Of a stretch of 64,000 nt of DNA, positions 1 through 12,763 are shown one piece after another. The DNA lies in contig CM059432.1 in assembly GCA_030390025.1 (NCBI GenBank), positions 47,370,001 to 47,434,000 on the forward strand, written 5' to 3'. Below the pieces are notes generated by a model. That model did not search any database. It was not told the DNA's origin and saw nothing but the letters and a program-made list of their open reading frames with translations. The number at the start of each line of letters is the position of its first letter. The first letter of the stretch is position 1. Source of the DNA: Squalus acanthias (taxonomy: Eukaryota). Both the position numbers and the translations under genes were made by a program.

Positions 1-422
1 CCAAACTCTTCTCTTAGCACTTAGCAGCAAAACAAGCTTTCAGTTTTCTAAAATGCTTACATTGTATTTGAGCAAATACAGAATAATTAGTTTATAAAAC
101 TCAGCACCAGTTCAACCCTGGCACGAAATGCAGTCACAAACCAAAAGGCTGATGGGTGGTGGATGGCATTCTGGCAGCTGCAATTTGAGAGAGGACGCTT
201 GATCTATACCCTGCCCCACATGATTCTTAGACCACTCCCTTCACTCCTACTCACCCTCCAGTCCTAAATTCCAGCTTTAAAAAAAAACCAAAAAGCCCAT
301 TTGCCCAGCAGTGAGCTGGGAAACACAAGTTTTTTTAAAAAATTCCCCCAAAACTCTGCTGGTTTCTTGGGTTACACTGACAGACCAGTAGGGAGATGCA
401 TCAGATGAGAGATCGGACGGCT

Positions 423-795
423 TAAACATTCACTCCCTCCACCACCGGCACACCGTGGCTGCAGTATGTACCATCTACAAGATGCACTGCAGCAACTCGC
501 CAAGGCTTCTTCAACAGCACCTCCCAAACACAAGGGCAGCAGGCACATGGTAACACCACCACCTGCAAGTTCCCCACCATCCTGACTTGGAAATATATCG
601 CCATTCCTTCACAGTCACTGGGTCAAAATCCTAGAACTCCCTCCCTAACAGCAATATGGGAGAACCTTCACCACATGGACTGCAACGGTTCAAGGCGGCT
701 GCTCACCACCACCATCTCAAGGGCAATTCGTGATGCGCAATAAATGCTAGCCTTGCCAGCGACGCCCACATCCCGTGAACAAGAAAATTAAAAAA
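423..795 (+). mobile_element. 3' fragment of a non-LTR retrotransposon (CR1-superclade-like)
   Basis: LHHRHTVAAVCTIYKMHC-type RT C-terminus and 3' end gcaataaatgct.gccttgccag. Same family at 22490-22670, 38164-39105 and 60215-60350. Confidence 0.75.
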
Positions 796-1793
796 AGGAT
801 GGAACACAGGTTACAGCTCAAGGCTGATGCCGGTGTTGGGTAGGTCAGAAGCCTGAAGCATGAGGTTTGAGACGTGTAGCCAGAGGCTCAAAACATCAAT
901 AGGGCAGGAGATGACAGCAGTGGGAACGGGCAGGCAGGCAGGCCAAAATCTGAAATTTCCAATGGGGTAGGTAGCAGTGGAAGTAGGCAGGTAGAGGAAA
1001 TGGGCCCAGTGAGCCAGGTCCCAAATCTGAACACGATAGCCAGTGGGAGCAGTGGAGATTGAGCAGCAGCAGAGCCTTGGGTGGGAACATTACTCCTGTT
1101 AGTTGAGTTGGAGCTACCTCTGGTGCTCAACAGAGGGATCCAGCCAGGGCTGCAGGGTGGTTTTCTGGTGATGGACAGTGGGTTGCGGAGCCACAGGGCA
1201 GTAACAGAAAACAATGTGGAAGAGGTGGCATACCACCTTACATACCACTCATCACCTCTCCATGTCCTCTCATCCGCCTTCTCCTCCACATCATCTCACC
1301 GCCATCCCACCCCTCCTCCCTGACCCTTGCCTCTCTTTCTTTCCGACATTTCTTCTCCTCTTTCCTACCCTCCCCTCCTCTGTCAGCATTTCCCCTACAC
1401 CATCTCCCTCCCCTGCTCTTTCTCCCAGGCCTTGATGTCCCCTTCTCTCCCCTCTGCCCCTTCCCCATATACTACAGTTAACCCTCCCACCAGGCCTGCT
1501 GCATCAGCCTCACCTGTTTTCCAGCACTGAGCTGGGAAAACAACAGCTTAGTTTCTAAAGCATCATTATGCTTATAATGTATTTGCTAAATATACAGCCA
1601 GCAAATACATTGTCAGCATAAAAAACTAAGCTGCTGACTCAATGCTGCAAAAATCGGCAAAGACGCAGCAGCAGTCCTGGGGACAGGAAACAGAGCTGCT
1701 GAGGCCCAAGGGAGCCATTGGGGGTGAGTGATGGAAGGTAAGCAGCAGCTGAGGCTTCAGACACAAGGCAGCAAACAGAGCAATGGTTGAGGC

Positions 1794-1794
<1 letters not shown>

Positions 1795-1825
<31 letters not shown>
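1795..1825. repeat. (GA)n microsatellite in a purine-rich tract
   Basis: Direct reading of the sequence. Confidence 0.9.
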
Positions 1826-1828
<3 letters not shown>

Positions 1829-1985
1829 GGAGGCACAGAGCAAGAGAGGGACAGAGAAGAGAAATCAGAAAGCAACAGGAGAGATGAGAGAAAGAAAGAA
1901 AATAAAAAGAATGTACGAAGCAATCATTGCAACAGTCAGAATAAAGCCCTTCATCAATAATCAGATAAGGGCCAACATTTCTTAC

Positions 1986-2072
1986 CTGGCATAATTTGAA
2001 ACTCACTATTCCTGAGTTTTTGTAACTTCTCTTTTTCTGCTTCTTCTTTGGATTAATACACTCAAACTCTGC
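1986..2072 (-). CDS. CPNE3: Copine A exon: [29 protein letters not shown]
   Basis: 87 nt, cttgcag acceptor, gtaaga donor; copine lysine-rich segment. Confidence 0.95.
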
Positions 2073-2274
2073 CTGCAAGAGAAATGTGATAGCAAATCAT
2101 AAGATGAAACACAATGGCCTAGGCTTTCTGATCATATAAATTTAAAGTAGTCACATATTACTGTACTTGGAAAAGAAGAATCTAAATGGGGTGGAGGTGC
2201 AAAGGGATCTGGGAGTACAAATACACAAATCACTAAAAGTTGCGACACAGGACAAGGCGGCCATAATAAAAGCA

Positions 2275-4360
2275 TGATGCGGAGATGCCGGTGTTGGACT
2301 GGGGTGGACAAAAATGAGAAGTCGCACAACACCAGGTTATAGTCCAACAGTTTTATTTAAAATTACGAGCTTTCGGAGCGCTGCTCCTTCTTCAGGTACA
2401 AGTACAGTGAGGGAATACAAATCGGCAGTATATATACACAGAGAACAATTTGTCTGCAGAGATACAATCTGTTAGGAAGGCATTACATCAAAGACACATC
2501 AGAGTACAGCTAAGACAATGAGGTGGGTCACGGGGTCCAACGTGTCAAATGTTGCCGTCTGCAGTTGAGCTTTTAACTTTTTTTTGGGGGGGTATTTTTG
2601 GTGGTTTTTTTTAAATGGAAAGACAGACAACGCTGTCGAGTCACGTTCTGTAGCGTGACATGAACCCAAGATCCCTATTGAGGCCGTCCTCATGGGTGCG
2701 GAACTTGGCTATCCTTTTCTGCTCGATGATTTTGCGTTGTCATGTGTCTCGAAGGCTGCCTTGGAGAACGCTAACCCGCAGATCCGAGGCTGAATGTCCT
2801 TGACTGCTGAAGTGTTCCCCGACTGGGAGGTAACAATCCTGCCTGGCGATTGTTGCGCGGTGTCCGTTCATACGTTGTCTCAGTGTCTGCATGGTCTCGC
2901 CGATGTACCATGCTCCGGGGCATCCTTTCCTGCAACGTATGAGGTAGACATCGTTGGCCGAGTCACATGAGTATGTACCATGTACCTGGTGGGTAGTGTC
3001 CTCACGTGTGATGATGGTATCTGTGTTGATGATCTGGCATGTCTTGCAGAGGTTGCCGTGGCAGGGTTGTGTGGTGTCGTGGTCGCTGTTCTCCTGACAG
3101 CTGGGTAATTTGCTGCGAACGATGGTACTTTTGAGGTTAGGCGGCTGCTTGAAGGCGAGTAGTGGAGGCGTGGGGATGGCCTTAGCAAGGTGTTCGTCGT
3201 CATCGATGACATGTTGAAGGCTGCGAAGAACATGGCGTCGTTTCTCCGCTCCGGGGAAGTACTGGACGACGTAGGGTACTCTGTTGGTTGTGTCCCGTGT
3301 TCGCCTTCTGAGGAGGTCTATGCGGTTTTTCAACGGGCCACAGCGAAAAACCGCATAGACCTCCTCAGAAGGTGAACACGGGACACAACCAACAGAGTAC
3401 CCTACGTCGTCCAGTACTTCCCCGGAGCGGAGAAACTACGCCATGTTCTTCGCAGCCTTCAACATGTCATCGATGACGACGAACACCTTGCTAAGGCCAT
3501 CCCCATGCCTCCACTACTCGCCTTCAAGCAGCCGCCTAACCTCAAAAGTACCATCGTTCGCAGCAAATTACCCAGCTGTCAGGAGAACAGTGACCACGAC
3601 ACCACAACAACCCTGCCACGGCAACCTCTGCAAAACATGCCAGATCATCAACACAGATACCATCATCACACGTGAGGACACTACCCACCAGGTACATGGT
3701 ACATACTCATGTGACTCGGCCAACGTTGCCTACGTCATACGTTGCAGGAAAGGATGCGCCGGAGCATGGTACATCGGCGAGACCATGCAGACACTGAGAC
3801 AACGTATGAACGGACACCGCGCAACAATCGCCAGGCAGGATTGTTACCTCCCAGTCGGGGAACACTTCAGCAGTCAAGGACATTCAGCCTCGGATCTGCG
3901 GGTTAGCGTTCTCCAAGGCAGCCTTCGAGACACATGACAACGCAAAATCATCGAGCAGAAAAGGATAGCCAAGTTCCGCACCCATGAGGACGGCCTCAAT
4001 AGGGATCTTGGGTTCATGTCACGCTACAGAACGTGACTCGACAGCGTTGTCTGTCTTTCCATTTAAAAAAAACCACCAAAAATACCCCCCCAAAAAAAAG
4101 TTAAAAGCTCAACTGCAGACGGCAACATTTGACACGTTGGACCCCGTGACCCACCTCATTGTCTTAGCTGTACTCTGATGTGTCTTTGATGTAATGCCTT
4201 CCTAACAGATTGTATCTCTGCAGACAAATTGCTCTCTGTGTATATATACTGCCAATTTGTATTCCCTCACTGTACTTGTACCTGAAGAAGGAGCAGCGCT
4301 CCGAAAGCTCGTAATTTTAAATAAAACTGTTAGACTATAACCTGGTGTTGTGCGACTTCT
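2275..4360. mobile_element. Penelope-like (Neptune-type) element as an inverted pair, GIY-YIG endonuclease region only
   Basis: ORFs 2740-3333(-) and 3443-3937(+) show a Cys-rich linker CHGNLCKTC and VYLIRC...WYIGET...R. Arms 2314-3331 and 3345-4363. 13-bp TSD cataataaaagca at 2262-2274 and 4361-4373. Confidence 0.93.
4278..4314 (+). ncRNA. Minimal type-I hammerhead ribozyme motif in Penelope terminal repeat (mirror copy at 2363-2399, minus strand)
   Basis: GUAC CUGAAGA A GGAGC AGC GCUCC GAAA GCU C GUAA: conserved core, 5-bp stem II, palindromic stem III AGCU, 3-bp stem I. Confidence 0.65.
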
Positions 4361-5198
4361 CATAATAAAAGCAAACCAAGCACTAGGGTTTATTTCTAGA
4401 GGGATAGAATTGATAAGTAGAGCAGTTGTGCTAAACTTGTTTCGAATCTTGGTTAGACCACATGTGGAGTACTATATGTACAGTTCTGGTCACCATATTA
4501 TAGAAAGGATACAGAGGCACTGAGGAGGGTGCAACAAAGGTTTACAAGAACTGCGAGCGTATACCTATCAGAAAAGGATGAACAACAGGCTGGGTCTCTT
4601 TTCTCTTGAAAAAGAGAAAGCTGAGGGGTGACCAAATTGAGGTCTTTAAAATTATTAAAAGTTTTGATAGAGTAGATACAGAGAGAGTGTTTCCACTTGT
4701 AGGGAAGAGCAAAACCAGAGGCTATCAATATAAGATAGTCACCAAGAAATCCAATAGGGAATTCAGAAGGAACTTATTTACCCAGAGTGTGGTGAGAATG
4801 TGGAATACGCTACCACAGGGGGTAGTTGAGGCAGATAGTATAGATGCATTTAAGGGAAAGCAAGATAAGCATATGAGGGAGAAGGGAATAGAGGGGTATG
4901 CTGATAGAGTTAGATGAGGAAGGATGGGAAGAGGCTCAAGTAGAGCATAAACACCCGCATGGACTGGTTGGGCCGAATGGCTTGTTTCTGCTGTATATTC
5001 TACCTAACTCTATACAATCCATTAAAATGATCGCTGTGATAGTAAAACCAAGGCCAATGACACTAAGTTACTGCAAAGAAAGCACAGACAGCCAATGGAG
5101 CCTTATTGACACGCATTACCTCATCAACGCTCTGCTAGGAGTGAGAAGCAAAAAACAAGCTTCAAGACAGGAATGTTGCAATATTCTTTTACAAACAC

Positions 5199-5315
5199 TT
5201 GACGAAAGGTCATCGACCTGAAACATGAACGGTTTCTCTCTCCACAGATGCTGACTGACCTGCTGAGCATTTCGTTTTTATTTCAGATTTCCAGCATCTG
5301 CAGTATTTTGCTTTA
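5199..5315 (+). mobile_element. Short Penelope-type terminal-repeat fragment (family 2) with degenerate hammerhead core
   Basis: tgacgaaaggtcatcgacctgaaac...ccacagatgctg...cagtattttgc. Homologous to 20448-20584, 36116-36239 and 42542-42667. Confidence 0.7.
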
Positions 5316-5316
5316 G

Positions 5317-5412
5317 CACACACACACACACACACATAATACACACACACGTGCACTTTTTTTATATTTACATACACATTTTTATATATTTGTATGTATA
5401 TATACACATATT
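5317..5412. repeat. (CA)n/(TA)n microsatellite
   Basis: Direct reading of the sequence. Confidence 0.85.
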
Positions 5413-5420
5413 ATGCACAT

Positions 5421-7435
5421 GTCGCTAACAAGGGAAATTAGGGATAGCATAAGATCCAACGAGAGGACAATTAAATTGGCCAGAAAAAGCAGCAAACCTG
5501 AGGATTGGGAGCAGTTCAGGATTCAGCAAAGGAGGACAAAGGGATTAATTAAGAGGGGGAAAATAGAGTATGAGAGTAAGCTTGCAGGGAACATAAAACT
5601 GACTGTAAAAGCTTCTATAGATATGTGAAGAGAAAAAGATTGGTGAAGTCAAGCGTAGGTCCCTTGCAGTCAGAATCAGGGAAATTTATAATGGGGAACA
5701 AAGAAATGGCTGACCAATTAAATACATACTTTGGTTCTGTCTTCACAAAGGAGGACACAAATAACCTCCCAGAGATGTCGGGGAACATAGGGTCTAATGA
5801 GAGGGAGGAACTGAATGAAATCAGTATTTGTAGGGAAATGGTGTTAGGGAAATTGACGGGATTGAAGGCCGATAAATCCCCAGGGCCCGATAAGCTACAT
5901 CCTAGGGTACTTGAGGAAGTGGCCCTAGAAATAGTAGATGCATTGCTGGTCATCTTCCAAAATTCTATAGATTGGAGGGTAGCTAATGTAACCCCACTAT
6001 TTAAAAAAGGTGGTAGAGAGAAAACAGGGAATTATAGACCGGTAAGCCTGACATCAGTAGTGGGAAAAATTCTAGAGTCCATTATAAAAGATGTAATAGC
6101 AGAGCACTTGGAAAACAGTGACAGGATCGGACAAAGTCAACATGGATTTACAAAAGGTAAATCGTGCTTGACTAATCTACTGGAATTTTTTGAGGATGTA
6201 ACTGGTAGAATAGATAAGGGAAAACCAGTGGATGTGGTGTATTTGGACTTTCAGAAGGCTTTCGATAAGGTCCCGCATAAGAGATTAGCGTGCAAAGTTA
6301 AAGCACATGGGATTGGGGGTAAGGTACTGACTTGGACAGAGAACTGACTGGCAGACAGGAAGCAAAGAGTTGGAATAAACGGGTCTTTTTCCGAGTGGCA
6401 GGCAGTGACTAGTGGGGTACCGCAGGGATCGGTGCTAGGACCCCAGCTATTCACAATATATATAATGATCTAGACGAGGGAACTAGATGTAATATCTCCA
6501 AGTTTGCAGACAACACAAAGCTGGGTGGGCGTGTGTGCTGTGAGGAGGATGCAGAGAAACTCCAGTATGATTTGGACAGGTTGGGTGATTGGGCAGATGC
6601 ATGGCAGATGCAGTATAATGTGGATAAATGCGAGGTTATCCACTTTGGTGGCAAAAACAGGAAGGCAGATTATTATCTGAACGGCAATAGATTGGGAAAA
6701 GGGGAAGTGCAACGAGACCTGGGTGTCCTTCTGCACCAGCCGCTGAAGGTAAGCATGCAGGTGCAGCAGGCGGTTAAGAAGGCAAATGGTATGTTGGCCT
6801 TCATAGCGAGAGGATTCGAGTACAGGAGCAAGGATGTCTTGCTACAGTTGTACAGGGCCTTGGTGAGACCACACCTTGAGTATTGTGTGCAGTTTTGGTC
6901 GCCTTATCTGAGGAAGGATGTCCTTGCCATGGAGGGAGTGCAGCGAAGATTCACCAGACTGATACCTGGGATGGCAGGAATGGCGTATGAGGAGAGATTG
7001 GGTCGATTGGGCTTATATTCGCTGGAGTTTAGAAGAATGAGAGGGGATCTCATTGAAACTTATAAAATTCTAACAGGACTAGACAGACTAGATGCAGGAA
7101 GGATGTTCCCCATGGCCGGGCAGTCCAGAACCAGGGGTCACAGTCTAAAGATAAGGGGTAAGCCAATTAGGTCAGAGATGAGGAGGAATTTCTTCACCCA
7201 GAGAGTGGTGAACCTGTGGAATTCTCTACCACAAAAGGCAGTTGAGGCCAATTCATTAAATATATTCAAGAAGGAGTTAGATATATTTCTTAAGGCCAAC
7301 GGGATCAAGGGATATGGGGAGAAAGCAGGGACAGGGTACTGAATTTAGATGATCAGCCATGATCTCATTAAGTGGCGGAGCACGCTCGAGGGGCCGAGTG
7401 GCCTACTCCTGCTCCTATCTTCTATGTTTCTATGT
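5421..7435 (+). mobile_element. CR1 LINE, 5'-truncated, RT region nearly intact
   Basis: ORFs 5625-6347 and 6533-7342 with [21 protein letters not shown] and RRMRGDLIE motifs; premature TGA at 6345; 3' tail ttctatgtttctatgt. Confidence 0.95.
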
Positions 7436-7494
7436 ACTTATATAGTGCCTTTAACATAGTAAAACGACCAAAGGTACCTCACAGGAGTGTTATC

Positions 7495-8450
7495 ATAGAA
7501 TCATAGCAAGTTACAGCACGGAAGGAGGCCATTTCGGCTCATCCTGTCCGTGCCGTCCAACAAAGAGCTATCCAGCCTAATCCCACTTCCCAGCTCTTGG
7601 TCCGTAGCCCTGCAGGTTAGAGCATCCCAAGTGCACATCCAAGTACTTTTTAAATGTGGTTAGGGTTCCTGCCTCTACCACCCTTTCAGGCAGTGAGTTC
7701 CAGACCCCCACAACCCTCTGGGTGAAGAAATTTCCCCTCAAATCCCCTCTAAACCTTCCACCAATTACTTTAAATCTGTGCCCCCTGGTTTTTGACCCCT
7801 CTGCTAAGGGAAATAGTTCCTCTGTATCCACTTTATCTATGCCCCTCATAATTTTATACACCTCCTAAGGTCTCCCCTCAGTCTCCTCTGTTCCAAGGAA
7901 AACAGACCCAGCCTATCCATTCTTTCCTCATAGCTAAGATTCTCTACTCCCGGCAACATCCTTGTAAATCTCCTCTGTACCCTCTCTCGTGCAATCACAT
8001 CTTTCCTGTAATGTGGTGACCGGAACTGCACGCAGTACTCTAGCTGAGGCCTAACTAGTGTTTTATACAGTTGAAGCATAATCCCCCTGCTCTTATATTC
8101 TATGCCACGGCTAATAAAGGCAAGCATTCCGTATGCCTTCTTAACCACCTTATCTACTTGCCCTGCTACCTTCAGGGATCTGTGGACATGCACGCCAAGG
8201 TCCCTTTGTTCCTCTACACTACTCCGTGTCCTACCATTTAATGTGTATTCCCTTTCCTTGTTAGCCCTCCCCAAATGCATTACCTCACACTTCTCCGGAT
8301 TGAATTCCATTTGCCACTGTTCTGCCCACCTGACCAATTTATTGATATCTTCCTGCAGTCTACAGCTTCCTTCTTCAGTATCAACCACACAGCCGATTTT
8401 AGTATCATCTGCAAACTTCTTAATCATACCCCCTATATTCAAGTCAAGAT
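7495..8450 (-). mobile_element. Young CR1 LINE 3' part, inserted into the 3' end of an L2
   Basis: KFADDTKIG RT motif and ctatgattctat tail. Near-identical to 46247-47320 and 32911-33347. L2 sequence continues on both sides. Confidence 0.95.
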
Positions 8451-10100
8451 CGAACAAAATTTGACAGAGTCTCATTAGGGCAGGTGACCAAAAGCTTGGT
8501 CAAAGAGGTAGGTTTCAAGGAGTGCCTTAAAGGGTGAGAGATAGGCAGAGAGGTTTACGGAGGGAATTCCAGAGCTTAGCTCCTCGGCAGCTGAAGGCAA
8601 GGCCTCTAATGGTGGAACGATTAAAATCAGTGATACGCAAGAGGCCAGAATTGGAGGAGCGCAGGTAACTCGGAGGGTTGTAGGGCTGGAGGAGGTTACA
8701 GAGATAGGGAGGGGCGAGGCCATGGTGGGATTTGAAAACAAGGATGAGAATTTTAAAATCGAGGCATTGCTAGAATTGGAGACAATGTAGGCTAGTGAGC
8801 ACAGGGGTGATGGGTGAACAGGACTTGGTACGAGTTAGTATATGGGCAGCAAAGTTTTGGATGAGCTCAAGTTTATGTAGGGTGGAAGAGGAGGCTGGGC
8901 CAAAGCATTGGAATAGTCAAGTCTAGAGGTAACAAAGGCATGGATGAGGGTTTCAACAGCTGATGAGCTGAGGCAGGGGCGGAGGCAGGCGATATTATGG
9001 AGGTGGAAGTAGTGATGGAGCGGTTATGTGGTTTGTAGTTCATCTCGGAGTCAAATGTGACTCCAAGGCTGGCCTGGTTCAGCCTCAGACAGTTGCCAAG
9101 GAGAGGGATGGATTTGGTGGCTAGGGAATGGCGATTGTGGCAGGGAGGAAATTTAGTTGGAGGAAATTTCTGCTTATCCAGTACTGGAGGTCAGGAAAGC
9201 AGTATGACAAATCAGAGACAGTGGAGTGGTCGAGAGAGGTGGTGATGAGGTAGAGCTGGGTGTTGTCAATGTAAATGGGGAACCTGACATCGTGTTTTTG
9301 GATGATGTCGCCGAGGTGCAGTATGTAGATGAGAAATAGGAGGGGGCCAAGCATGGATCCTTGAGGGACTCGAGGGGTAATGGTGTGAGTGTGGGAGCAG
9401 GAGGGGAAGCCATTGCAGGAGATTCTCTGGCTGTAACTGGATAGATAAGAATGGAACCAGGCGAGGGCAGTCCCACACAGCTGGACGACAGAGAGTGGCA
9501 TAGGAAGAGGATGGTGTGGTGAATCGTGTCAAAGGCTGCAGACAGGTCGAGAAGAATGAAGAGAGAGAGTTTACCATGGTCACAGTCACACAGGATATCA
9601 TTTGTGACTTTAATAAGGGCCGTTTCAGTACTGTGGCAGGGTGGAAACCTGATTGGAGGGATTCAAACATGGAGTAGTGGGAAGGATAGACATGAATTTG
9701 GGAGGTGACAACATGTTCAAGGACTTGAGAGGAAAGTGAGGTGGGAGATGGGGCAGTAGTTTGCAAGGATTGGGGGGGGTTTGAGGAGAGTGGTGGTGAT
9801 GGCAGATTTGAATGGGAGGGGGATAGTGGATAGTACAGAATAGAGGGAACCGTTAACAATATCAGCTAACATGGGGCCCAGGAAGGGAAGTTTGGTGATC
9901 AGCAGTTTGGTGGGAATAGGGTCAAGGGAGCAGCAGGTGGGTCTCATGGACAAGGTGAGCTCAAAGAGGACATGAGGGGAGATAGGAGAGAAACTAGAGA
10001 AAGATGCAAGTTCAGGGCTAGGGCAGTGAGGAACCTTGGGGGAAGTTTGACCCCGGTAGACTCGGGGAAGGGAGGGAAGTGGCAGAGGCAGCTGAATGGA
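8451..10100 (-). mobile_element. L2-type LINE remnant (tail at 7436-7494)
   Basis: Frameshifted RT motifs [12 protein letters not shown] and LDPIPTKLL; 3' end homologous to 24782-25529. Confidence 0.85.
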
Positions 10101-11214
10101 TCAAATTCTGTAGAGGATGTGCATAGTTGCATTTCCCCATTTCTTACTCTCCTTTGTGAAACAGTTCCCTTAGCACACCAGCCAGATAATTCAACAAAGA
10201 TTGCCCAATAAATGGAGAGTGAAAATGCACAGTCAAAATTCTGGTGCAGACTTTTTCTGTGAAATCTACAGGACTGAATTGCCACACCTAAATGCATCTT
10301 CAACAGGAAAAAAAAAGTCAGATCTCATCCAAATTGGAACACAGAACTATCAAATGGAACCACTAAAATACTGGACTAGTGTATAAACAAGCCACAGCAT
10401 CACAGGATCAATCTCGGAGTCCTTGGCCACAATTTTATAATACACGTTCATGGTAGTCCAGCTACCTCATCATGGGCAAGGACTCAGGAAATCCATCCTC
10501 TTGACTCATTATTTACATGCTTCACTGAATGTATCATTGTGTCTTCTGGAAGCAGCCCTTTAACCTGCCACACACCCAAGTGCAATTTTATAAGGAGGTA
10601 GCATTCCTTTGGTTTACCTAGTTATTTTTTGTGTGGTGAATAAGTCACTGTTTGATTGTACCAACAACAACTTGCATTTATATAGCACCTTTAACAGTGA
10701 GCAAAAGCTTGGTCATTGAGGTAGGCTAGGCATACTCAATATGACAACTAGAATTAGCTATTTTTTTTTAAACAAACCACATTTTGGTAATATGCTACTG
10801 GTTAACTACTGCAAGAGCTATCATCAGATGTAACTCTAGAAATTCAAAGTCAACGCAGGTGTTCTTAACATTTAAAAGCATTTGAGAATTTAGGCGTTAT
10901 GAAAATATAAACAGTTAGGATACTGCAGCAAAAAAAACCTAGAAGACAAGAACTTTGTGTGCCCAGTGGGAATCTTTGCCTGCAATCAAAAATTGTGGTA
11001 CTTGGTACACCCAATTTTCAACCATGAGTTATTGGTTAAATAATTGGGTGCACCTGAAGTTCCAATATGCGTTGCCAGTGGGCAAGGCTCTTCAGTGAAT
11101 GTGCAAAGTCTGAAAATTCCTCCTTTAGGGTACTATAGCTTTAAAAGCAGCTAGAGAGACATTGCACTTTAGACTTGAGCAAAAATAATAAAAACAAGAA
11201 CAACAACAAAACAA

Positions 11215-11514
11215 GGGGCCATAAATACAACATAGTTACTAATAAATCCAACAGGGAAATAAGGAGAAATGTCTTTACTCAGAGAGAGTGGTTAGAATGT
11301 GGAACTCGCTACCACAAGAAGTGGTTGAAGCAACTAGCTTAGGTGCTTACGAAAGGAAACTAGACCAGAATAGAAATAGAGAATAGAGAATAGAAAGATA
11401 TGCTGAAAGGCTGAGATGAGGTAGATGGAATGGAGGAGACTAGTGTGGAGTTTATACACCAGCACAGACTAGCTGGGCCGAATGGCCTGTTTCTGTGCTG
11501 TATTATTCTATGTA
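11215..11514 (+). mobile_element. Old CR1 3' end
   Basis: agaatgtggaactcgctaccac...gggccgaatggcctgtttctgtgctgta tail. Confidence 0.8.
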
Positions 11515-11523
11515 AAAACCTAC

Positions 11524-11622
11524 TGGTGAGTTGTAGGATGCTTCTTGTAGTCTAGTCATATCAGTCTCAAATATACCAATTAGGTCATGTGATCCATCAT
11601 TGTCATAGTCATAGCAATCCAC
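11524..11622 (-). CDS. CPNE3: Copine A exon: [33 protein letters not shown]
   Basis: 99 nt, tttttcag acceptor, gtaggt donor; C2B loop 3 [13 protein letters not shown]. Confidence 0.94.
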
Positions 11623-12673
11623 CTGAAAAAGATTAAATTAAAATTTTGTTGCAACTGTGTAAATTGCTATTTTCAAGTTTCCACATTCTGCTGCCCTCAA
11701 TCTGCAGTATTAATGGGCCTATTGTTGATGACGGATATAACATTCCTCCGTGCATTACCCTCTTTTTTGATTGGAGCAGTACTGGTCATAAATAATTCTC
11801 ACTGCAAATCTGCAGCAAAAGCCTTCAGCAACTAAGCAGACTTGTTGACAAAACATCTTTGTAAAATACCAGAAGTGAGCAGACAGATAATAGCTGACAT
11901 ATTTGCAACTGCAACCCAAATGATGAGGTTTGATTTAACAGCCAAGATTTTCTGCCAACTGACAATGAAGCATCATCAACACTTGGAACCTGAGCTCTCT
12001 AAACTAGCTTGTTTATATGGATCAGCATTGCTAACCCATTAGGACCAATATAAATTCAAATCCTATTTTAATTCAAACTCGTCTCGTTAACAGAGTTCCT
12101 AAAAACTGGCCAGACGAGCCATTAGATGAGCACGGCACATGAATAAAATGCTTTATCCCCTGCACAGGAAGAACTTGTGTCAGCATATTACAAACAGGTA
12201 AGGATAGCACCTATGAAAAGTTTGCCAAACTCTGAATTAGCCCAAATCCGACTGTTTTATAAACAAAAGAACTACTTATAGAACTAATGCCAGCAGTGTT
12301 TAACCCTTACTCATTTAGCCACTCAGAAAGAAAGCCATCCTTTAATAACCTTTATGACTACTAGAAATTCCCAAACCATACATTATACATGTTCAAAACC
12401 TCTCTGTCGCTACTTGCTTGTACAACAAAATTTAACCAAGGACTTCACTCACAATTGAATGCACTTGCTCAGTCTGGTCAATTCTTTACAAGAATACTGA
12501 TGGTGATACTAATATTCAGGCAGACACACTTGCTGATGTGATTTTATGTTAATCACTATGAAAGATAACCAACTAAATATTTCCCTACTGATTGTTTTTA
12601 AATTAATCAATATTCTGGAAAAAGATGAGGAAAGTACTTGTTTCCACTTCTATGTAGATAAATATAAAAGTAC

Positions 12674-12763
12674 CTTGATAGACCTCTGTAAGTCACCATT
12701 GCACAGAGACCGCAAAGGGATTTTAAAAGGTTTCCAACTTGGATTCAGATTATTCTTTATTAC
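12674..12763 (-). CDS. CPNE3: Copine A exon: [30 protein letters not shown]
   Basis: 90 nt, tttttag acceptor, gtactt donor; KNNLNP.W C2 motif. Confidence 0.94.

Larger units (their letters stand above)
2140..5015 (+). mobile_element. Old CR1 3' fragment interrupted by the Penelope insertion
   Basis: RDLGVQIHKSLKV before 2274 continues as NQALGFISRGIE...LRGDQIEVFKI after 4373. Confidence 0.85.

Noticed and set aside
888..1530. Overlapping Pro/Ser/Gly-rich ORFs here and at 49461-50000
   Set aside because: They arise from low-complexity pyrimidine/purine tracts; no domain or splice support.
1626..2078. ORF-track proteins extending copine exons (1626-2078, 19927-20244, 42845-43099, 53127-53318, 59682-59927, 61231-61413, 63555-63779)
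   Set aside because: Copine similarity stops at GT/AG sites; the extensions are intron read-through.
5625..7342. Long ORFs (240 and 269 aa), and 46339-47238 (299 aa), as host genes
   Set aside because: They are CR1 reverse-transcriptase fragments, 5'-truncated, with LINE tails.
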